A stretch of DNA of 64,000 bases from contig JAKLIQ010000001.1 of assembly GCA_022709525.1 (NCBI GenBank), positions 274,679 to 338,678 on the forward strand. Direction: 5' to 3'. The translations under genes and the position numbers were made by a program. The notes under the pieces are model-generated. The model worked only from the letters and a program-made list of their open reading frames with translations. It ran no database searches and was not told where the DNA came from. The DNA comes from Candidatus Omnitrophota bacterium (GTDB taxonomy: Bacteria > Omnitrophota > Omnitrophia > Omnitrophales > Aquincolibacteriaceae). Below are positions 57,997 to 64,000 of the stretch, piece after piece (the stretch's first letter is position 1; each line of letters begins with the position of its first letter).

Positions 57997-59094
57997 ATGT
58001 TACCTTTTAAACCACATATACAGTCGATCAAGCCGTATGAGCCGGGGAAGCCCATCAAGGAGCTTCAGCGGGAATACGGGATTCGCCATGTCATCAAGCT
58101 CGCGTCCAACGAGAACCCGCTCGGGCCTTCAGGGAAGGCGATCAGCGCGATGCGCAAGGCGATCCGCGAGGTCCATCTCTATCCGGAGGGAAGCTGCTAC
58201 TATCTTTTGGACCGTTTAGCGAAGGAGCTGGATATTGATCCCGGGCACATTCTTTTCGGGAACGGTTCCAATGAGATCATTGAACTTTTGGCGCGCGGTT
58301 TTTTATCCGAAGGCGACGAGGTCATATCGTCCGAAATGACTTTCCTTGTCTACCCGATCCTTTCGCAGGTCTGCGGGGCAAAGTTCAAGGCCGTACCGAT
58401 GAAAGATCACCGCTATGACCTGGAGGGAATCCTCCGGGCGATCACGCCGAGGACCAAGCTTATTTTTATCGCCAATCCCAATAATCCGACCGGAACCTAT
58501 GTGACCGCAGCGGAAGTCGAGGAGTTCCTTTCCAAGGTTCCGGAACATGTGGTTGTTTGTTTCGACGAGGCCTATGTGGATTTTGTGGACGCCGAGGATT
58601 TTCCCAAAATGCTGGAATATGTAAAATCAGGGAAACCGAATCTGGTGGTCTTGAGGACTTTTTCGAAGGCCTACGGTTTGGCGGGGCTTCGCATTGGTTA
58701 CGGGCTGGCTTCGAAGGAGATGATCCAGTATTTCCATAAGATCCGTCAGCCCTTTAATGTGAACTCGGTCGCCCAAGCGGCGGTCGTGGCGGCGCTGGAT
58801 GACACATTCTTTCTCTGGCGGACCAAGTGGCTTGTGGTGCGCGGCAGAAAATTCTTCTACCGTAAACTCAAGAAATTGGGATTAGAATATCTCCCGAGCC
58901 AGTCAAATTTCATCCTGATCCGTATGAAAACGGACGGGTACGAGGTTTATCAGTATTTATTGCGGCAGGGGATGATCGTCCGGCCGATGAACGCTTATCA
59001 ATTGCCGGATTGGATCCGCGTTACGATCGGGCGTCGCAGCCAGAATGTGCAGTTGATCCGGTTGTTGAAAGGTTATCTAGAGAAAAAAACTTAA
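57997..59094 (+). CDS. hisC: Histidinol-phosphate/aromatic aminotransferase (class II PLP aminotransferase)
   Basis: KLASNENPLGPS N-terminal motif and the PLP lysine region RTFSKAYGLAGLRIGY; embedded in an aromatic amino-acid operon. Confidence 0.8.
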   Translation: MLPFKPHIQSIKPYEPGKPIKELQREYGIRHVIKLASNENPLGPSGKAISAMRKAIREVHLYPEGSCYYLLDRLAKELDIDPGHILFGNGSNEIIELLARGFLSEGDEVISSEMTFLVYPILSQVCGAKFKAVPMKDHRYDLEGILRAITPRTKLIFIANPNNPTGTYVTAAEVEEFLSKVPEHVVVCFDEAYVDFVDAEDFPKMLEYVKSGKPNLVVLRTFSKAYGLAGLRIGYGLASKEMIQYFHKIRQPFNVNSVAQAAVVAALDDTFFLWRTKWLVVRGRKFFYRKLKKLGLEYLPSQSNFILIRMKTDGYEVYQYLLRQGMIVRPMNAYQLPDWIRVTIGRRSQNVQLIRLLKGYLEKKT

Positions 59095-59097
59095 GAT

Positions 59098-59177
59098 GGG
59101 ACTCGCCCCTCGGGGCTAGGGACTCGTCAAAACAAGAAACCGAAAACGAGTCCCAAGGAACAAGTCCCGAGTCCCAA
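59098..59177. repeat. REP/MITE-like nested-palindrome repeat, copy 4
   Basis: gggactcgcccctcggggctagggactcgtcaaaacaagaaaccgaaaacgagtcccaaggaacaagtcccgagtccc. Confidence 0.6.
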
Positions 59178-59193
59178 AAGGAGAAGCAAAAGC

Positions 59194-60210
59194 ATGATCA
59201 TTGTCTTAAAGAAAAGCGCAACGCCGCAAGAGTTGGAACACATCTGTCAAAAGGTGCGCGAACTGGGGCTCACGCCGAACGTTTCGCGCGGCATCGAGCG
59301 CACCGTGATCGGCGTGATCGGAGACGAAGAAAAATTGCAGGTCCAGCCGATCGAGGCCTTCCCGGGCGTCGAATCGGTCATGGCGATCCTCAAGCCCTAC
59401 AAGCTCGCAAGCCGTGACTACAAGGCCGAAAATACCGAATTCGAGATGTCGAACGGCGTCAAAGTCGGCGGCAAGAAGATCGTCGTGATGGCCGGCCCGT
59501 GCTCGGTGGAAAATTACGATATGCTTTTAGGGCTCGCGAAAGCCGTCAAAAAGGCCGGAGCGACATTTCTCCGCGGCGGCGCCTTCAAGCCGCGAACATC
59601 GCCTTATTCTTTTCAGGGGCTCGGCGAAGAGGGCTTAAAATACCTTCGCCAGGCGGCCGATGAGGTTGGGCTTTTAGTCGTGACCGAGGTGATGGATACC
59701 CGGCAGGTCGAGCTCGTCTCGCAATACGCCGACATGCTCCAGATCGGCGCCCGCAACATGCAAAACTTTGATCTTCTTAAAGAATGCGGCATGACGAAGA
59801 AGGCGGTACTTCTCAAACGGGGATTAAGCGCCACGGTCAAGGAACTCCTCATGTCCGCCGAATACCTGCTTTCCAAAGGGAATTTCAAGGTCCTGCTGGG
59901 CGAGCGCGGCATCCGCACTTTTGAGACCGCGACCCGGAACACTTTAGATCTCAATGCGATCCCGGTGATCAAAAAAGAGACGCATCTTCCGGTCTTGGTC
60001 GATCCTTCGCACGGGACGGGATACCGCGATTTTGTAGCGCCCATGGCGATGGCGGGTGTCGCAGCCGGGTGTGATGGCCTGATGGTTGAAGTTCACCAAA
60101 ACCCCGAAGAGGCAAAAAGCGACGGCGAGCAATCGGTGCTGCCATCACAGTTCGAGGAAATGATGCGTAAAGTGCGTCTCGTCGCGCAAGCGGTGGGACG
60201 GGATATTTAA
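59194..60210 (+). CDS. 3-deoxy-7-phosphoheptulonate (DAHP) synthase, class I-beta, with an N-terminal ferredoxin-like regulatory domain
   Basis: KDO8P/DAHP synthase TIM-barrel core (VMAGPCSVEN...LRGGAFKPRTSPYSFQGLG) preceded by a ~70-aa N-terminal extension, as in Thermotoga-type enzymes. Confidence 0.8.
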   Translation: MIIVLKKSATPQELEHICQKVRELGLTPNVSRGIERTVIGVIGDEEKLQVQPIEAFPGVESVMAILKPYKLASRDYKAENTEFEMSNGVKVGGKKIVVMAGPCSVENYDMLLGLAKAVKKAGATFLRGGAFKPRTSPYSFQGLGEEGLKYLRQAADEVGLLVVTEVMDTRQVELVSQYADMLQIGARNMQNFDLLKECGMTKKAVLLKRGLSATVKELLMSAEYLLSKGNFKVLLGERGIRTFETATRNTLDLNAIPVIKKETHLPVLVDPSHGTGYRDFVAPMAMAGVAAGCDGLMVEVHQNPEEAKSDGEQSVLPSQFEEMMRKVRLVAQAVGRDI

Positions 60211-60214
60211 AAAC

Positions 60215-60292
60215 CGGGACTTGTTCCTCGTACCTTGGGACTCGAAAAACGAGGAACCAGAACGAGTCCCTAGTCCCGAGTGACGAGTCCCA
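60215..60292. repeat. REP/MITE-like nested-palindrome repeat, copy 5
   Basis: gggacttgttcctcgtaccttgggactcgaaaaacgaggaaccagaacgagtccctagtcccgagtgacgagtccc. Confidence 0.6.
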
Positions 60293-60314
60293 TTTATGTT
60301 GAAGATAAACAAAA

Positions 60315-61160
60315 GTGAAAAGCATGACTTTTAAGAAAATAGCTATTGTAGGGCTCGGGCTCATGGGCGGTTCACTGGCCGCGGCCTGCCGTAAAGGATT
60401 TCCCAAAGCCCGGATCATTGGGATCAGTCGCAACCGCGCCGCTCTCGCGTTGGCTAAGAAAAAGAAATGGGTCCATGAAGCGACGCGCGATATCAAACTT
60501 GGCGCGAAGCAAGCGGATCTCGTCGTTCTTTGCACGCCCGTCGGTACTTTTCTGCCTTACCTCCGGCTGATCGATAAAGTTTGCGCCAAAGGCGCGCTTG
60601 TGATGGATGTCGGAAGCGTCAAGGCCTCGGTTCTGAAGGAAGCGAACTCCCGGAAATGGAAGAACCTTTTCTTCGTCGGATGTCACCCTATGGTCGGATC
60701 GCACAAACGCGGTATCGGAGTCGTGAATCCCGAGCTCTATAAAGGCGGCCTGGTCTTGATCGCGCGCGACGGCAAAACATGCCCGTTAAGCTACGCCCGG
60801 GCCAGGAAGTTCTGGCTTAAATTATCATCCCGTCTCATAGTCTTATCGCCTCAAGTCCACGATAAACTCGTGGGAGAGATCAGCCATCTGCCGCATGCGA
60901 TCGCGTTCTGCCTGATGCATACGGCGTCGGCACCCGCCCTTAAGGTTGCCGCGTCCGGTTTCCGGGACATGACGCGCATTGCCTCCTCCGACCCCTCGGT
61001 CTGGCAGCCGATCTTTTCTGCCAACCGCGCCGCGGTCCTTGGCGCTTTGGACCGCTTTGAAAAAGAGCTCAAAAGGTTCAAACAGATTCTTCGAGCTCGG
61101 AATCCAAAGCTCCTTTCTGGCTACCTCGAAAAAGCGCAGCAGCGACGGAAGGCACTTTAA
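60315..61160 (+). CDS. tyrA: Prephenate dehydrogenase
   Basis: N-terminal Rossmann fold IAIVGLGLMGGSLAAA and a TyrA-type catalytic domain (CHPMVGS). Confidence 0.8.
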   Translation: MKSMTFKKIAIVGLGLMGGSLAAACRKGFPKARIIGISRNRAALALAKKKKWVHEATRDIKLGAKQADLVVLCTPVGTFLPYLRLIDKVCAKGALVMDVGSVKASVLKEANSRKWKNLFFVGCHPMVGSHKRGIGVVNPELYKGGLVLIARDGKTCPLSYARARKFWLKLSSRLIVLSPQVHDKLVGEISHLPHAIAFCLMHTASAPALKVAASGFRDMTRIASSDPSVWQPIFSANRAAVLGALDRFEKELKRFKQILRARNPKLLSGYLEKAQQRRKAL

Positions 61161-61166
61161 TTTAAG

Positions 61167-61225
61167 CGGGGACTTGTCGCTCGGGACTTGTACCTCGAAA
61201 AAATGAGAAACTCAAACGAGTCCCG
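61167..61225. repeat. REP/MITE-like nested-palindrome repeat, copy 6
   Basis: gggacttgtcgctcgggacttgtacctcgaaaaaatgagaaactcaaacgagtcccga. Confidence 0.6.
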
Positions 61226-61407
61226 ATTTTTCGGATTCTTCGAAAAATCCCCCTTCCCAAATTCAGAAGATATGTTATACTGCTCACGTTCGCGCCGATT
61301 TCGGCTCCGGCCCATGTGCCAGGAACTGAAAGGGGAAAAACGGCGACGGACCCCCATTTTCATGCAATCCCAATGAGAAGGGGACTCTCAAGGAGGTTTT
61401 CCCTAAG

Positions 61408-62970
61408 ATGCAATCCAATTTTTCAGAGCTATACGAGAAGTCTTTTCAAGACATTAAGATCGGCGAGGTCGTCAAAGGCACGGTGATCGCGGTCCACGAA
61501 CGTGACGTGGTCGTGGATATCGCCTACAAGGCCGAAGGCATCCTGCCGAAGGACGAGTTTCCCAATCCGGAAACCTTGACCGTCGGGTCGGAAGTCGAAG
61601 TGCTTTTTGAAGGTTTTGACGATGTGGAAGGGACAGCGATCCTCTCCAAGCGCAAGGCCGACCGCCAGAAGACCTGGAACGACATTCTCTCGAACGCCGA
61701 AGAAGGCGCCATTGTGGACGGGCGTATCTGCCGTAAAGTGCGCGGCGGTTTCATGGTCGATATCGGCATGGAAGCGTTCCTGCCGGCGTCGCTTGTCGAC
61801 ATCAAACCGGTCCGCAACCAGGACATGTTCATCGGGTTGCAGAGCAAATTCCTCGTCGTAAAGATCAATCATAAACGTAAAAATGTCGTTGTTTCCCGCA
61901 AAGACCTTCTCGAAAAAAGCCGCAATGAAGCCCGCACCGAGAAGCTGAGCACCCTCAAGGTCGGCCAGCTTGTGAAGGGCAAGGTCAAGAACATCACCGA
62001 TTTCGGCGTTTTTATCGATATCGGGAATCTTGACGGGCTTCTCCATATCACCGATATGAGCTGGGGACGCATTTCGCATCCTTCGGACCTTGTGAAGATC
62101 GGCGATGATATTGAAGTGGTCGTCATTTCGATCGATCAGGTCAAGCAGAAGATCTCCCTCGGCCTCAAGCAAAAAGGAACCGATCCCTGGAGCACGGTCG
62201 AACAGCGTTACGCGATCGGCAACCAGATCCGCGGGAAGGTGGTCAATATCCTTCCGTATGGCGCTTTTGTGGAGCTCGAGCCTGGCATCGAAGGCCTTGT
62301 CCATATCAGCGAACTGTCCTGGACCAAGCGTGTCAACCATCCGAGCGAGATCCTTTCGATCGGCATGGAGCTTGACGTTGTGATCCTGAGTATGGATACC
62401 GCGGCCAAGAAGATCTCCCTGGGCGCCAAGCAAGCGCAGGAGAATCCTTGGACAACGGTTGCTGAAAAATTCCAGGTCGGGAGCCGCGTCAAGGGAACGA
62501 TCCGCAATCTTACCGATTACGGCGCGTTCATCGAGCTGGAACCCGGCATTGAAGGCCTGCTCCATGTTTCCGATATTTCCTGGACCCACAAGGTCGCCAA
62601 ACCCTCGGATGTCCTCAAGAAGGGGGACGCCTTAGAGGTTATGGTCCTTTCAGTGGACACGGAAGCCAAGAAGATATCGCTCGGAATGAGGCAGTTGACC
62701 GACGATCCTTGGGGCGAGCTCACGAAGAATTTCCTCACAGGCCTTGAGCTTCAGGGAAAGGTCACCAGGATCGTGAACTTCGGCATTTTCGTGGAACTCG
62801 AGAATGGCCTTGAGGGGCTCATCCATGTTTCCGAGATCCCGGATTGCTCGGCGCAGGACCTGGCGAAGCGTTTTACCGTCGGCGATACGCTCCGTTGCAG
62901 TATCCTGAACGTGGATCACGAAGGCCGCAAGATCGCGTTGACCTGCAAGAACGAACCGATTACCGCGTAA
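61408..62970 (+). CDS. rpsA: 30S ribosomal protein S1 (six S1 domains)
   Basis: Repeated S1 OB-fold units (G.V.G.V..I...G.FV.L..G..GL.HISE) across 520 aa. Confidence 0.85.
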   Translation: MQSNFSELYEKSFQDIKIGEVVKGTVIAVHERDVVVDIAYKAEGILPKDEFPNPETLTVGSEVEVLFEGFDDVEGTAILSKRKADRQKTWNDILSNAEEGAIVDGRICRKVRGGFMVDIGMEAFLPASLVDIKPVRNQDMFIGLQSKFLVVKINHKRKNVVVSRKDLLEKSRNEARTEKLSTLKVGQLVKGKVKNITDFGVFIDIGNLDGLLHITDMSWGRISHPSDLVKIGDDIEVVVISIDQVKQKISLGLKQKGTDPWSTVEQRYAIGNQIRGKVVNILPYGAFVELEPGIEGLVHISELSWTKRVNHPSEILSIGMELDVVILSMDTAAKKISLGAKQAQENPWTTVAEKFQVGSRVKGTIRNLTDYGAFIELEPGIEGLLHVSDISWTHKVAKPSDVLKKGDALEVMVLSVDTEAKKISLGMRQLTDDPWGELTKNFLTGLELQGKVTRIVNFGIFVELENGLEGLIHVSEIPDCSAQDLAKRFTVGDTLRCSILNVDHEGRKIALTCKNEPITA

Positions 62971-62979
62971 ATTCAGTCG

Positions 62980-64000
62980 ATGACGAGCCCCAAGAACCGA
63001 AGAGTCGTCATCACGGGTCTTGGGGTCGTTTCCTCGATCGGTTTCGGCAAAGAGGCCTTTTGGGATTCCCTCATCAAAGGCCGGAGCGGCGTTTCCAATA
63101 TTGCCGCTTTTGATACAACGCAGTTCACCACCCATTTCGCCGGTGAGATCAAGAATTTTGATCCTTCCGCCTACATCCTTCCCAAAAAACTGAAGCGCAT
63201 GGACCGCACGACCCAATACGCGGTCGTGGCGTCCAAAATGGCCGTTGCAGACGCGAAGCTCGATCTTTCCGCCACCGAGGTGCGCGAACGCACGGGCGTG
63301 ATCATCGGAACGGCGCTTGCCGGCGTCGGTTATATTCTTGAGCAATCCGCGACCCTCATGCAGAAAGGTCCGATGCGGATCAATCCCTTTACGGCGCTCG
63401 CTTCTTTTCCGGACGCCTGCGCGGGGAATGTCTCGATCGAATTAGGCGTTAAGGGCCCGAGTTTTTCGATCGCAACGGCCTGCTCCTCCGCTTCGGACGC
63501 CTGCGGTTATGCGCTTGCGGCGATCCAAAGCGGGAAACTCGATTTTCTTATCATGGGCGGCGCGGAGGCCACGATTTTCCCAGGGATCGTGGCGTCTTTT
63601 TGCGTCGCGCGGGCGCTTTCGACCCGCAACGACCAGCCCGAAAAAGCATCGCGTCCCTTTGCGATGGACCGGGATGGGTTCGTGCTCGGGGAAGGGGCGG
63701 GGATGTTGGTCCTGGAAGAATATGAGCATGCCAAAAAACGCGGCGCGCACATTTATGCCGAGATCCTGGGTCACGGCATGACCTGCGACGCGTATCACAT
63801 GACCGCGCCAGACCCGGAAGGCACTGAAGCGGCGCGGGCTATGAAGCTTGCCATGGAAAGCGCGGGAGTGACTCCGGAGGAGATCGACTATATCAACGCC
63901 CACGGGACCTCAACGTCTTTAAACGATAAGACCGAGACCCTCGTGATCAAAAAAGTATTTGGCCCGCGCGCCTATCAAGTCCCCATCAGCTCCATCAAAT
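62980..64000 (+). CDS. fabF: 3-oxoacyl-ACP synthase II (partial, continues beyond window end)
   Basis: N-terminus RRVVITGLGVVSSIGFGKEAFWDSLIKGRSG and the active-site Cys region PSFSIATACSSASDA of KAS II; no stop before position 64000. Confidence 0.8.
   Translation, partial: MTSPKNRRVVITGLGVVSSIGFGKEAFWDSLIKGRSGVSNIAAFDTTQFTTHFAGEIKNFDPSAYILPKKLKRMDRTTQYAVVASKMAVADAKLDLSATEVRERTGVIIGTALAGVGYILEQSATLMQKGPMRINPFTALASFPDACAGNVSIELGVKGPSFSIATACSSASDACGYALAAIQSGKLDFLIMGGAEATIFPGIVASFCVARALSTRNDQPEKASRPFAMDRDGFVLGEGAGMLVLEEYEHAKKRGAHIYAEILGHGMTCDAYHMTAPDPEGTEAARAMKLAMESAGVTPEEIDYINAHGTSTSLNDKTETLVIKKVFGPRAYQVPISSIK

Overview
This 64-kb window comes from a ~55% GC bacterium that looks anaerobic and H2-metabolising. 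There is no rRNA and no CRISPR array. Coordinates are from the ORF track, with starts refined by eye and probably accurate to within one or two codons. I read four zones. (1) 0-12.7 kb holds a 2515-aa multi-pass membrane protein of unknown function, nadK, a lone receiver domain, gltX, a BrnT/BrnA-like toxin-antitoxin pair in an AT-rich insert, and glnS. (2) 12.7-25.2 kb looks like an integrated mobile island. It carries an AbiEi/AbiEii abortive-infection pair, a VirD4/TraD-like coupling protein whose ATPase motifs look degenerate, a replication-relaxation family protein, a wHTH gene with a small partner ORF, a 116-bp nested hairpin, iteron-like direct repeats, a ~1440-aa secreted tandem-repeat protein ending in a calpain-type cysteine-protease domain, and a large serine recombinase. 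The island abuts tRNA-Gln(CUG). (3) 25.4-45.4 kb is a redox/hydrogen supercluster. It carries a frameshifted ferritin-like gene, a GT2 synthase overlapping a CDA-fold deaminase, NfnAB-like genes, and an Stn-like three-gene module (NuoE-like; an HndB::NuoF::GltD triple fusion; a HydA whose L1 motif reads TSCSPGW instead of TSCCPxW). It also carries rex, an AhpD-like gene, an HndABCD-type tetrameric [FeFe]-hydrogenase, a small hydrogenase-system regulator, and hydF-hydG-hydE. (4) 45.5-64 kb is housekeeping: tRNA-Leu, manB/manC, uppP, rlmI, nfu, trpS, scpAB, pheA-hisC-DAHP synthase-tyrA, rpsA and partial fabF. This zone is punctuated by six copies of a nested-palindrome REP/MITE-like repeat and a perfect 46-bp palindrome. 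The most novel candidates are the island (degenerate coupling protein, secreted calpain-like protein, candidate oriT and iterons) and the Stn-like module with the Cys-to-Ser HydA.
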